From Candidatus Latescibacterota bacterium (lineage in GTDB: Bacteria; Latescibacterota; UBA2968; UBA8231): a stretch of DNA of 64,000 nt. The number at the start of each line of letters is the position of its first letter. The first letter of the stretch is position 1. The translations under genes were made by a program, and so were the position numbers. Shown in pieces: positions 28,821-38,220 of this stretch. The notes under the pieces are model-generated. The model was not told the origin of the DNA and made no database searches. It saw only the letters and a list, made by a program, of their open reading frames with translations. The stretch spans positions 5,120,001 to 5,184,000 of the forward strand of contig OZ241362.1 of assembly GCA_965200315.1 (NCBI GenBank), given 5' to 3'.

Positions 28821-30827
28821 ATGCAAGCTCTCACTTCTCGCGCTCCCACCCTCCCGCCGACCCCGCACCCGCGCGTGGCCTATTACGATTTGGGCATCCC
28901 CTTTGTCGGTGCTGTGTGGAGCGGCTTCTCAATCACCTACGACCCGGCCACTGGGCACACCTTGGCTTGGGGGGCCGAGTTTTCCCAAGATGGGGCCTAC
29001 TACTTTTGCAACGACCTCGACACCGGCCGCTTGGAAGTCTTTCCCATGCCTTGCCGCGAGCACGGCCCGGTCTTTCAGGCCGAAGACGGCACCATTTACG
29101 CCCGGATCATGTCCGGCCTGTCGGCCGACCACGGCCACCATCTCATGGTATTTGACGCTCAGGCCCGCACCTTCAGCAATCTGGGGCGTCCCGCCCCCGG
29201 CGATCAGCGCCTCCTGTGCATGGAGGAGCGCGACGGCCTGTTGTACATGGGCGGCCACGAACTGGCTGAACTGTTCTGCTACGACCCGCAAAAGCGGTGC
29301 TTTGACAAGCTCTGCCGCCCATTTGCCCCACCCACCGACCGCCTAGTGAACATCCAATTGCTGCCCGACGGTCGGCTGCTGCTCAGCGGCTACCCGGCTG
29401 TCCCGGCCAAGCTCTACGATGTGGAAAGCGGTCAGTTGAGCGATGTGCCGACCGCAGCCAAGGGGATTGCAAGCGCGGTATCCGAAGGGGATCGCCTGTT
29501 TTTGACCGCTGGCGAGCAAATGCGTGTCCTCAACGCCGATTTTACCGAAGTGGCCCGCCTCGACAGTCCCGTTGCTGGCGCGGTGCTCGTGCCCTTGGCC
29601 TTGGGCCGCAATAGCCGCGCCAGTGATCGCGAGGTGGTGTACGCTTGGGCTGGGGATCAATTGGTGGCTATCGACGCCCAGACCTTGGACCTCCGCTTCA
29701 TTTGCCAAGGTCCTTTCACCGGCATATCGGGGCTGAGCAAAGACGGCCATTTGGTCTTTGCCCAAGTTGAGGAAGGCTGCGCCACTATCGTCAATTCCGA
29801 TACCGGCGACCGGGAAGAGCGCAGTTTTGAGGTCTATCGAGGCCGCCGCGGCGGCGCGGTATGCGCCTTAGGTAGAGGGCCGGAGGGCAAAATTTACGGC
29901 ACCAACATCTACGGCATGCACCTGTGCGCCATAGACCCCGAGACCGATGCCATAGAGGATTTGGGGTACACTTGGTCCGGCGGCGAACTCTACCACGTTC
30001 ACGCCCACAAAGACAAGCTCTACGTCGGCAGCTACGGCGGCTCCAACATCGGCGTGTACGACCCGAATAGGCCGTGGAACCCCGGCTCGGAGCGCGACAG
30101 CAATCCGCGCAACTGGGGTCCGTTGGGCCAAAACCAGAACCGCCCCTTTGAGGCGGTGACCGGCCCCGACGGCCGCATTTATGTGGCCAACCGCAGCAAT
30201 TATGGCGTTCCCGGCGGCTCGTTGGCTTCGTACGATCCCGATACTGGTCTCGAGCACCGGGAAATCTACCGCGACCCCGAGCAAAGTGTGCAATGCGTGG
30301 CCGCGGATCAGCACTATGTGTACGGAGGCACCAGCATTTACGGGGGACGCGGCTCGCAGATCACCACCCGCGACGGCTTGTTATTCGTCTTTGACCCCCA
30401 GACGAAACAGCGCATTTGCCAACTCCGCCCGGTCGAAGGGGCCAATACGGTCACCAGTTTGGCCGTCCATCCCTCGGGACTGGTTTTTGGCACTACGGAC
30501 AATCGCCGCTTGTTCGCGTTTGACCCGGAGCGGTTTGTGGTAGAAGACGTGCTGGGTCCCCTGCGCTCGGAGGGGACCAGATTGATGGGTGTGCCCGAAG
30601 GGGTGGAGATGTTCCCGCTGATCTGCGCCGCCGACGGCTTTATCTACGGCCTGACGCGCTTTGACCTGTTCCGCCTAGACGGCTCGTCCCGCGTCCTGAC
30701 CTATCTCAACGATCCGCCCCTGCCCGAACTTTACGCTCTGACCGAAGGGAATCCCGGGGTGCTCTACATGAGCGCCGGCACCCACGTCATTAAGTGCCTG
30801 CTGAGGCCGCCGCCCTTTTACCGCTAA
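28821..30827 (+). CDS. Beta-propeller repeat protein
   Basis: Repeated LY.G..../..YDP blades (GPEGKIYG, GPDGRIY, LFVFDP); AGGAG RBS. Confidence 0.65.
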   Translation: MQALTSRAPTLPPTPHPRVAYYDLGIPFVGAVWSGFSITYDPATGHTLAWGAEFSQDGAYYFCNDLDTGRLEVFPMPCREHGPVFQAEDGTIYARIMSGLSADHGHHLMVFDAQARTFSNLGRPAPGDQRLLCMEERDGLLYMGGHELAELFCYDPQKRCFDKLCRPFAPPTDRLVNIQLLPDGRLLLSGYPAVPAKLYDVESGQLSDVPTAAKGIASAVSEGDRLFLTAGEQMRVLNADFTEVARLDSPVAGAVLVPLALGRNSRASDREVVYAWAGDQLVAIDAQTLDLRFICQGPFTGISGLSKDGHLVFAQVEEGCATIVNSDTGDREERSFEVYRGRRGGAVCALGRGPEGKIYGTNIYGMHLCAIDPETDAIEDLGYTWSGGELYHVHAHKDKLYVGSYGGSNIGVYDPNRPWNPGSERDSNPRNWGPLGQNQNRPFEAVTGPDGRIYVANRSNYGVPGGSLASYDPDTGLEHREIYRDPEQSVQCVAADQHYVYGGTSIYGGRGSQITTRDGLLFVFDPQTKQRICQLRPVEGANTVTSLAVHPSGLVFGTTDNRRLFAFDPERFVVEDVLGPLRSEGTRLMGVPEGVEMFPLICAADGFIYGLTRFDLFRLDGSSRVLTYLNDPPLPELYALTEGNPGVLYMSAGTHVIKCLLRPPPFYR

Positions 30828-31606
30828 AGCTCAATGGCTTCCCGCACCACTTGTCCGGCCCAATCCGGTGCTGGTGCCACGTTTAGTAAAGCGGCAATGG
30901 TCGTCGGGTTGTCGATGATGCTCACCGGCTCCTGTAGGCGTCGCCCGGCGGCCACCGACGGACCGGCGATTAGCCACGGAATGGTCATGTCCTCGTCCAT
31001 TTCCGTGCCGTGGGTGCGCTCGTGCCCTCCGTGGTCGCTGGTGACGATGGCCACGGTTTCTTCTTGGACTGCCTCCAGCACCGCGCCAATGGCTGTATCG
31101 GCCCGCCCAATAGTGGCCAGATATTCGGCCGACATCCAGCCGTGGTCGTGGCCGGCTATATCGGTGCAGCCTAGATAGACAAAGGCGAAATCGGGCGTCC
31201 ATTCCCGCAGCGTCGCCGCGGCCAAGCTGGCCAATTCCCAATCGCCGTCCGGCTCGTGGCAGTTGTTCATATAGTAAGAGCGGTCCAGCGAGCCTGGGTC
31301 GGCCAGATCGCGGAGTTGTTCCCAGTTGTAGAAGAAGGCCGTGCGCTTGCCAGCTCGATGCAGCACGTCAACTAGGCTGGGCACGGGTCTGACTTGGGGC
31401 ACCCAAGTGTTGGTGGTAATGCCGTGCCGTTGTGGGGTTACGCCGCGAAACATGGAGGTGTGGCAGGGCAAGGTGGACGAGGGCATCACGGTGCGAGCTG
31501 CATAGGTAGTGGCACCCCGGCTGATCAAGCGATCGACGTGGGGGGTGGCGGCCTGTTGCAAGCCGTCGGGCCGCAGTCCGTCGAGGACAAAGAGAATGAC
31601 GCGCAT
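30824..31606 (-). CDS. Alkaline phosphatase/nucleotide pyrophosphatase-family protein
   Basis: LDGLRPD, TLPCHTSM, D.AGH.HGW, SDHGG. Confidence 0.85.
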   Translation of the reverse strand: MRVILFVLDGLRPDGLQQAATPHVDRLISRGATTYAARTVMPSSTLPCHTSMFRGVTPQRHGITTNTWVPQVRPVPSLVDVLHRAGKRTAFFYNWEQLRDLADPGSLDRSYYMNNCHEPDGDWELASLAAATLREWTPDFAFVYLGCTDIAGHDHGWMSAEYLATIGRADTAIGAVLEAVQEETVAIVTSDHGGHERTHGTEMDEDMTIPWLIAGPSVAAGRRLQEPVSIIDNPTTIAALLNVAPAPDWAGQVVREAIEL

Positions 31607-31641
31607 GGGATTCCTTTCTTTGGGGGGCGATAGCTACTTTT

Positions 31642-32691
31642 TTACGCGCTGGCGCACAGCGTTGCGTCGTGCGGTTGCAGTGGATATCTCGGTACTACAC
31701 CTTGGTTGACGATGTTTTCCGGCGCTGGCCAGTGGCCCTTGAGGACGGAGGCCAGATTGCAGACGCCCGTGCGCGCCACATCTTCGCTAGACTGCACCGA
31801 GTGGGCGGAGACGTGGGACGTCATCAGGACGTTGTCCAGCGCCATGAGGGGATGCTGCAAGGTCTGATCCTCGTCCGTGAACACGTTGAGCCACTCGTAG
31901 GTGTCCAGCGCCGCGCCGGCCAGTGGCCCATCCCGCAGGACTCTCACCAGCGCATCTTCATCCACCAAGGCACCGCGGGACGTGTTGATTAGGTAGGACC
32001 CCGGCTTCATCTTGCTCAGTAGCTCTTCGTCGAACATGTGGTAGGTGTCCGCGCTTAGGGGAACCTGCAAGGAGACGAAGTCAGACTCGGCCAGTAGCGT
32101 TGCTAGGTCCACTATTTCGACGTCCAAGTCGGGCGGCAGCGGTGCCTGCAAGTTTCTGCGCGTGGCCAAGACTCGGAGGCCAAAGGCGCTGGCGCGGCGG
32201 GCGACCATCTCGCCGGTGGCGCCGAAACCGACGATGCCCAGCGCACAGGTGGAGAGCCGCTGCAACTCGGTGGCCGCGGCGCGGGCTTGGCGGAAGCGGC
32301 CAGCGCGCATGAACTGCTCCATCCTCGGCAGTTGGCGGGCCAAGGACAGCAGCATGGCCATGATGTGGTCGGTCATTTCCTCGGCGCAGAAGAACGGGGC
32401 ATTGGAGACGACGATGCCGCATTCCGTGGCCTTGGCCACGGCGATTTTATCGGTGCCGTTGCCGAGGCGAGAAATCAGGCGGCAGCGGTTCAGCGCTGCG
32501 ACCACGGCCGCGGGTAAGCCGGTCGAGACAACGGCGACGGCGTCGCAGTTAGCTAGCTGGCGAATGAGTTCCTGCGGGTTTTCTTCCTCGACGTATTCAG
32601 GTTCGATGCCGAACTTGGCGTACAGCGAGCGCTCCAGACCTCCGGCTGGGTACAGGGTCGCGTTGAGGCGGACAAAGCGGAAAGACGCCAT
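31642..32691 (-). CDS. D-2-hydroxyacid dehydrogenase-family protein
   Basis: G.G.DKI, GIVGFGATG, INTSRG.LVDE, TSHVS. Confidence 0.85.
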   Translation of the reverse strand: MASFRFVRLNATLYPAGGLERSLYAKFGIEPEYVEEENPQELIRQLANCDAVAVVSTGLPAAVVAALNRCRLISRLGNGTDKIAVAKATECGIVVSNAPFFCAEEMTDHIMAMLLSLARQLPRMEQFMRAGRFRQARAAATELQRLSTCALGIVGFGATGEMVARRASAFGLRVLATRRNLQAPLPPDLDVEIVDLATLLAESDFVSLQVPLSADTYHMFDEELLSKMKPGSYLINTSRGALVDEDALVRVLRDGPLAGAALDTYEWLNVFTDEDQTLQHPLMALDNVLMTSHVSAHSVQSSEDVARTGVCNLASVLKGHWPAPENIVNQGVVPRYPLQPHDATLCASA

Positions 32692-32704
32692 GACTCTGAA
32701 CCGA

Positions 32705-33568
32705 TCACCAAGCCACTGCCATCATGTCCCGCGCCCAGTACAGCGGCCCGGCGAAGACGCTTTTTACCTCGGCGATTCCCTCGGTAGTCTCTTCTGCGGG
32801 GTCGAGAGTTATTGACTGGTGATTGATGACCAAGCGCTTGGCCCCGGCCTCGGCGGCCATGCGCCCGGCATTGAGGGTGCCGGTTTCGGAGATGACGCTG
32901 GGGAAGGTTTGGATCTTCTCCTCTCGATGCACGGCTTCCATCACGAATAGGTCTGCATCCCGCGCTAGCTCGACTACGGACTCGATCGGCGCGGTATCGC
33001 CGCTGAAGGCGACGACGCCTTCTTCGGTCTCAAAGCGCAAGCCATAGCATTCGATGTAGGGCTGGGCGTGCTTGACTTCGCGCGCATAGCAGGTCCAGCC
33101 TTCCCCGGCGGCCACTTTTCCCGCGGCGTATTCGGCTGCGTGGACTACTGGTTCCGGCCTAAAATCGCCCACGCCGCCGCGCATTTGGTAGGCGTGGACG
33201 CTCATGGGATGATTGGTGCGGGCGATCACGTCGTACCAGAAGAGGCCGTTGGGACTCCAAATGCCGTCGGTGATGCGCTTGATCGGGGGCGGCCCATAGA
33301 CGTGGAGGTCTGGCTCGGTGCCGATGCACTGGTCGAAGCGCGTCATCAGGAAGCAGAGATAATCGGAGATGTGGTCGGAGTGCAGGTGGGTAAAAAACAG
33401 GTTGTGTACCGAAGTGCAGGGGATGCCCAAGCGGTGCATCTTAAAGGTCGATGCGGGGCCGCAGTCGATCATCAGCCGCTGGTCGCAGATTTCGAGGATG
33501 AAACAGGTGCCCCAGCGGTCGCGCGTGGGGGTGGGCGTACCGGCGCCGACAATGTTTAGCTTTGGCAT
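32705..33568 (-). CDS. MBL-fold metallohydrolase (RNase Z-like)
   Basis: IDCG, THLHSDH, VKH, FSGDT, LVINH. Confidence 0.85.
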   Translation of the reverse strand: MPKLNIVGAGTPTPTRDRWGTCFILEICDQRLMIDCGPASTFKMHRLGIPCTSVHNLFFTHLHSDHISDYLCFLMTRFDQCIGTEPDLHVYGPPPIKRITDGIWSPNGLFWYDVIARTNHPMSVHAYQMRGGVGDFRPEPVVHAAEYAAGKVAAGEGWTCYAREVKHAQPYIECYGLRFETEEGVVAFSGDTAPIESVVELARDADLFVMEAVHREEKIQTFPSVISETGTLNAGRMAAEAGAKRLVINHQSITLDPAEETTEGIAEVKSVFAGPLYWARDMMAVAW

Positions 33569-33665
33569 GGGATCGTCTCCAGATTGTAGGGAAAATAAAT
33601 AGGCATTATTGGTAGGGGGTCAAGCTGGCCGCTAGTATTTTAAGCGACTGCTTCTCGCGGGAACT

Positions 33666-33767
33666 ATGCCCCTCAACACCCACACCCCCCGCCTGCCCCT
33701 GCGTCCCATGACGGATGCCGATTGGGACATCTTATTGCGCTGGAACCAAGACTCCGAGGTGTTGTAG
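33666..33767 (+). repeat. Diverged copy of the 5' end of the GNAT gene at 34466
   Basis: MPLNTHTPRLPLRPMTDADWDILLRWNQDSEVL* vs MSPSLNTHCVHLHTSRLHLRPMTDADWDILLRWNQDADVLY. Confidence 0.9.
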
Positions 33768-34074
33768 CGCGCTCGACCAGCTTCGGTCAGTATTGGTGAT
33801 TAGAGGTTGTCCGATCATCACTACCGGATTGGTGATCTTAGCGATATGGATCGTGCTTAGTTACCTACGTCACTACGCATTTTTTGCAAAGAACGATCCC
33901 GACAGGTTACAATCGGAGGAGTACCGATACGAAACGGCGCGGATGCAGATGATCGCAGCCAAGGAGTTACGCAATCCAGTTCCCTCAGAGGATCTTCCAG
34001 ACCCGAAGGAAAAGCCAGACGCGCCTAGACCGTCTTCCTATTCAACTGATGCAGATGAGGAAAATGTCGCATGA
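33768..34074 (+). pseudogene. Probably 5'-truncated small membrane protein
   Basis: TM segment LVILAIWIVLSY followed by DPDRLQSEEY; no own start after the GNAT remnant; ATGA overlap with the next gene. Confidence 0.5.
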
Positions 34075-34427
34075 AATCCCATCTCTTTACGTTCAGCCAA
34101 GCCTGCACACAGGCGCACACGCACACCGTGCTCAACAACATTGAGGAAGTTAAAACATGGATTGCGCCGTTTCCGTACTCCGCTATCCTCGTCTCCAGAC
34201 TCAATGCCCAGGACCTCAGTGCCATTCTTCGCGAGCGACTGCCCGACGTGTGGTTCATGGTCGCAGAAATGGACCCCCAGACCGTGAATGGCTGGCTGCC
34301 CGGAAATCTCTGGGAGTACGTAAACGACCCGCAGAAGGCGTGGTCTCAGCAATTGATCAGGACTATCGCCGATCCAAAGTATCTTCGTCGTCCCGTCGCC
34401 GATGCCGACAGAATGACGGGGACGTAG
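34071..34427 (+). CDS. Small hypothetical protein, possibly ferredoxin-like (VapD/Cas2-like) fold
   Basis: 118 aa; GAGG RBS; ends NGWLP..LWEYV. Confidence 0.55.
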   Translation: MKSHLFTFSQACTQAHTHTVLNNIEEVKTWIAPFPYSAILVSRLNAQDLSAILRERLPDVWFMVAEMDPQTVNGWLPGNLWEYVNDPQKAWSQQLIRTIADPKYLRRPVADADRMTGT

Positions 34428-34465
34428 ATCTGCCTAGCCCCGATCAGTTTGGGCTTCACAGCACC

Positions 34466-35035
34466 ATGTCGCCCTCCCTCAACACCCACTGCGTCCACCT
34501 GCACACATCCCGCCTGCACCTGCGTCCCATGACCGATGCCGATTGGGACATTTTGCTGCGCTGGAACCAAGATGCCGACGTGTTGTATTACGCCGATGGC
34601 TCAGATGTGACGGCCTATACGCTTGGCCAGATCAAGCGCATGTACGGCGGTATCTCGCAAGCCGCCTGCTGCTTTATCGCTGAGCTCGACGGTCAGCCCA
34701 TCGCCGAGGCCTGGTTGCAGGCTATGAATCTGGCGCGCATTATCGCAGCTCATCCCGGCTGCGACTGCCGCCGTATTGACCTGTCCATTGGCGAGAAGCA
34801 GTACTGGAACAAAGGCTTGGGGAGCGAAATAATCCGCGCATTGGTCGATTTCGGTTTTGCCGAGGAAAAGGCCGATTTTATCTTCGCCTGCGACATTGCC
34901 GATTACAACCCCCGCAGCCGCGCTGCGTTTGCCAAATCGGGCTTCCGCGTCGTGGCCCACAGCGCCCAACCGCCCGGCAGCAAGGCGCGTTCCACCTGCG
35001 ATATGCGCATCGCCCAAACCGAGTGGGCGGTCTAA
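34466..35035 (+). CDS. GNAT (RimJ/RimL-like) N-acetyltransferase
   Basis: T.RL.LRP, IGEK.YWNKGLG, YNPRS..AF.K.GF. Confidence 0.85.
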   Translation: MSPSLNTHCVHLHTSRLHLRPMTDADWDILLRWNQDADVLYYADGSDVTAYTLGQIKRMYGGISQAACCFIAELDGQPIAEAWLQAMNLARIIAAHPGCDCRRIDLSIGEKQYWNKGLGSEIIRALVDFGFAEEKADFIFACDIADYNPRSRAAFAKSGFRVVAHSAQPPGSKARSTCDMRIAQTEWAV

Positions 35036-35051
35036 TTCCAGCGAGGATATC

Positions 35052-35110
35052 GACCCATGCGCCTAGTCATCTTGTCGTACAGCCACCACGGCCGCGGCAT
35101 CGGCCAGACC
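35052..35110 (+). repeat. Copy of the 5' end of the Gfo/Idh/MocA gene (36669-36727)
   Basis: 58/59 identical by eye; retains a GAGGA RBS upstream. Confidence 0.9.
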
Positions 35111-35111
35111 A

Positions 35112-35177
35112 TCCTTGGCGCAATAGCCGTTGGCGGAGGGCGGAATCGGTCAGCAGGTGCTGCATGCCGGCGGCGAT
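35112..35177 (-). repeat. Diverged copy of glycosyltransferase segment 42297-42362
   Basis: 66 bp, 8 differences; IAAGMQHLLTDSALRQRLLRQG vs IAAGMQRLLTDSALRQRLSHQG. Confidence 0.9.
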
Positions 35178-36587
35178 TTATTTTTTAAAAAATGTCGCGA
35201 TGTCGTTTGGGTCCCAAAGGTAGAGGTGCGGGTCGCGGAGATTTTTGAGGGTGTTGGTAAAGCCGGATTTGGAGGTAATAAGATAAAAAGCGTTTGCAGT
35301 CGGGAGGTTTTGGGCGCGGTGTTTGAGGGTTTGCAAAACGTCGGTGCCAACAGGAGTGGATGTCCATTTGCATTCGACAAAGAGAGTTTGCCGGGTTTCG
35401 GAGTTGAGGGCGACGAGGTCTATTTCGCTTTGTCTGTCCCACCAGCGTCCGATTCGGTGAAAGTAGAAGGGGGCGCGGTTGTGAAGGTTGAGCTTGAGCA
35501 AAAGTTCTCGCGTGATATTTTCAAAGGCAAAGCCCATAAATTCCGCTACGCAGGTATTTAGGCGGTTGAGAAAATACGGAAAATTGCCTGATTCGTAGAT
35601 ACTCAATTGACGGTAGATGAATCGCATCCAGAAAGTGATAAAGGGATCGCGGATTTTATAGCGACTTTTTTTGGTTTTCCAGGATTGCTCAGTAATGGGC
35701 ACTTCGCGTTCGATGAGGTCAAACAAGTCAGACAATTCGCGCAGGTATTTGGACAAGCTAGTGGCCGGCAGTCCGGCGGGGCCGGCAATTTCAGAGCGGC
35801 GGGTTTTTCCAGTGGCGATGGCTTCGAGGATTGCCAAATAGGTGTGGGCAGTGCCGCCAAATTCGGAGAGGATGATATCTCGCATTTCATTGCGAAAGGG
35901 GGCAAAGGGGGTGAACAGTGCTTGATGGAGAATTTGGTGGATGGTGCTGCCGCCCAATCCCATGCTTTCTATAATTTCGTAATACCGGGGCATGCCGCCA
36001 AAGATGCCGTAAAGGGTAAGTACGTCTGTGGACGATTGAAAGCCGAGATCTGTAGCAATTTGATAGATGGCTTCGATGGGTAAAGGGCTGAGATCAACTT
36101 CCCGGGTGAGACGACCATAGAGGGGTTCTTTGGCGTCTTGGAAAACTTTTTTCATCAGGCCCACGACAGAACCTATGGCAATGAGATGTATTCTGGATTG
36201 TTTGTGCCATGTGTCCCACACGCCTTGGAGGATGGAATAGATGGCGGGATCGACAGTGAGAAAGTTTTGAAATTCATCGAAGACGACGATCAGGTGTCGG
36301 TGCTGGGTTTCGGCAAAGAGAAAAACGAAAAAATCCTGCCAACTTGTAAATGTGGGCGCGTGGGCAATGTGCGATTTGAGGGTAGCCGAAAATTCGGCGA
36401 GGAGGGCATTTGCAGGGCGTTTTTCAACAAAAAAATAGATGCCGCCATTCTGGATATGTTGGCGCACGAGTTCTGTTTTTCCCACACGCCGTCGCCCAAA
36501 GATCGCGGTGAACTGAGAAAATTGGGCCGATCTTTCGGTTAGGTCGCGAAGAAGTGTCAGTTCTGTTTCTCGGTCGTAGAATCTCAT
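35178..36587 (-). CDS. Archaeal-type AAA ATPase with DUF234/PD-(D/E)xK C-terminal domain
   Basis: FYDRE.EL, GRRRVGKT, FDEFQ, GG.P.Y, FE, G.WW, EIDLV, ECKW; lower GC. Confidence 0.85.
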   Translation of the reverse strand: MRFYDRETELTLLRDLTERSAQFSQFTAIFGRRRVGKTELVRQHIQNGGIYFFVEKRPANALLAEFSATLKSHIAHAPTFTSWQDFFVFLFAETQHRHLIVVFDEFQNFLTVDPAIYSILQGVWDTWHKQSRIHLIAIGSVVGLMKKVFQDAKEPLYGRLTREVDLSPLPIEAIYQIATDLGFQSSTDVLTLYGIFGGMPRYYEIIESMGLGGSTIHQILHQALFTPFAPFRNEMRDIILSEFGGTAHTYLAILEAIATGKTRRSEIAGPAGLPATSLSKYLRELSDLFDLIEREVPITEQSWKTKKSRYKIRDPFITFWMRFIYRQLSIYESGNFPYFLNRLNTCVAEFMGFAFENITRELLLKLNLHNRAPFYFHRIGRWWDRQSEIDLVALNSETRQTLFVECKWTSTPVGTDVLQTLKHRAQNLPTANAFYLITSKSGFTNTLKNLRDPHLYLWDPNDIATFFKK

Positions 36588-36673
36588 TATTATTCTTTTA
36601 ATAATTATTTTATTTAGAATAATAACAGACATGGAGACAAGTGTCAATGCAAGACAAGCCTGCTAAAAGACCC

Positions 36674-37735
36674 ATGCGCCTAGTCATCTTGTCGTACAGC
36701 CACCACGGCCGCAGCATCGGCCAGACCGTTCGCGCCTTGGGGCACGATATAATCGGGGTCATGGACGGGGAAGAAGCCCCGCGCCAACAACTAGCAGAGA
36801 TTTTCCAATGTCCGGGTTTTGCCACGGCGGGCGAGTGCCTTGACGCTGTGCAGCCCGACGCCGCTTTAGTCGCTGGCAAGCACATTGAAATGGCGGCTCA
36901 CGTGCAGGCCTGCGTCGAGCGGCGCATCCCCTACCTGCTCGACAAGCCCTTTGCCGATTGCGCTGCTCGGCTCCGCCCCGCGGCCGCAGCTTCGGCCAAA
37001 CACGGAGTCTTCAGTGCCCTCACGCTGCCCAACCGCGCCAGCCGCATCGTCGCCACGGTGGAGCGTCTGTTAGCTGACGGCACGCTGGGCGATCTGGTCC
37101 AGTATAGCTGCCGCCTCAATAACGGCCCGCCCTCGCGCTACGACCCGACGCCGTCGGCTTGGCACAACGATCCGGCCATTTCCGGCGGCGGTAGCTGGGC
37201 CGTAGAGGCGGCCCACGGCATTGACACCTTCCTGCAATTCGTCGGCGAGCAGACGGTACACGTGGTCGGCGCCATCATGTCCAATGCCACCCACGGCCGT
37301 ATTGTGGAGGATATCGGCTTGGGAATGCTGCGCACGGATGGGGGCGTGACCGGCGTTATCGAAAGCGGCTACGCCTATCCGTCAGGGGTGCGTAGCGGCG
37401 ACCACTTCTTCCGCTTTATCGGCACTCGCGCCATGGTGTTCCAGCAGTACGGCCAAGCAGGCGATCCTCTCATCGAAGTCCACACCACCGAGGGCGTGGA
37501 GTTCAGTGAGGATTTGTCGCACGGCGAGCGCATGACGACCATAGTCGATCGAGCTCTGACCGCTTTGGCAGATGGGCGGTCCTTCACCCCCAATATCGAC
37601 CAAGCCGTGCGCATCCTCGAAGTACAGGACGCGGTGTACGACCACGCCCGCCGAAGCCCGCTGACCAACGGCCCATACCCTATGGGCACCCCGGCTATGG
37701 CATCTAATGATGCGAATATGCAGGGCGGCGAATAG
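36674..37735 (+). CDS. Gfo/Idh/MocA-family oxidoreductase (start may be 36641 or 36647)
   Basis: H..M, LLDKP, SGGG, H.ID, VED motifs. Confidence 0.8.
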   Translation: MRLVILSYSHHGRSIGQTVRALGHDIIGVMDGEEAPRQQLAEIFQCPGFATAGECLDAVQPDAALVAGKHIEMAAHVQACVERRIPYLLDKPFADCAARLRPAAAASAKHGVFSALTLPNRASRIVATVERLLADGTLGDLVQYSCRLNNGPPSRYDPTPSAWHNDPAISGGGSWAVEAAHGIDTFLQFVGEQTVHVVGAIMSNATHGRIVEDIGLGMLRTDGGVTGVIESGYAYPSGVRSGDHFFRFIGTRAMVFQQYGQAGDPLIEVHTTEGVEFSEDLSHGERMTTIVDRALTALADGRSFTPNIDQAVRILEVQDAVYDHARRSPLTNGPYPMGTPAMASNDANMQGGE

Positions 37736-37831
37736 CTACGGTTTATAGCCGCTTATACAACTGAATAGTTCGCTGGGCCGCGCCTTCCCACGTAAAGGCT
37801 GCGGCCCGTTGTATAGCCGTTGGCGGAGCGC
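37736..37831 (-). repeat. Copy of the 3' end of the glycosyltransferase (42219-42326)
   Basis: Starts at the CTA stop directly after the Gfo TAG; about 70 bp identical, then a 13-bp deletion and 19 more bp with 2 differences. Confidence 0.9.
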
Positions 37832-37940
37832 GACGCGATTATGGGAACAGGCGAGAGGAACGCAGATTTACAGGATGTGTTCTGCCGTTAGATATGGCTT
37901 GGGACGGGCGTTGGGGTGTCGAAAGGGCGGCTTAAAAAGA

Positions 37941-38133
37941 TCATTTCAAAAGCCCAAGACGCTCGAGGTCGTTCTCACCCCACCGAACTTGTTGCTCAAT
38001 GATTGACTTGAGAGTACCGATAGCAAAGGTCTGGTTCATATTGTGCAGGTGAATAGTCGTCGTTCTCCCATCTCGGTGGATAAAAAGACGGGGCACGCCT
38101 TTTCTTTTGTATTCGCAAAACCCATCTCTTTTT
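37941..38133 (-). pseudogene. hicA: HicA toxin, 3' part (interrupted by the IS)
   Basis: RDGFCEYKRKGVPRLFIHRDGRTTTIHLH..TFAIGTLKSII..W..NDLERLGLLK*. Confidence 0.85.
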
Positions 38134-38155
38134 CGGAATTTCCTAATTTAAGGTC

Positions 38156-38184
38156 TTGACTTTCCATTTTGCAACCCCTATTTT
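38156..38184 (+). promoter_or_regulatory. Inward sigma70-like promoter for the methylase operon
   Basis: TTGACT-17 bp-TATTTT, overlapping the inner end of the TIR. Confidence 0.5.
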
Positions 38185-38220
38185 ACGGGCTATCCGCTAC
38201 GGCTAAACGAAAGGAAAATA

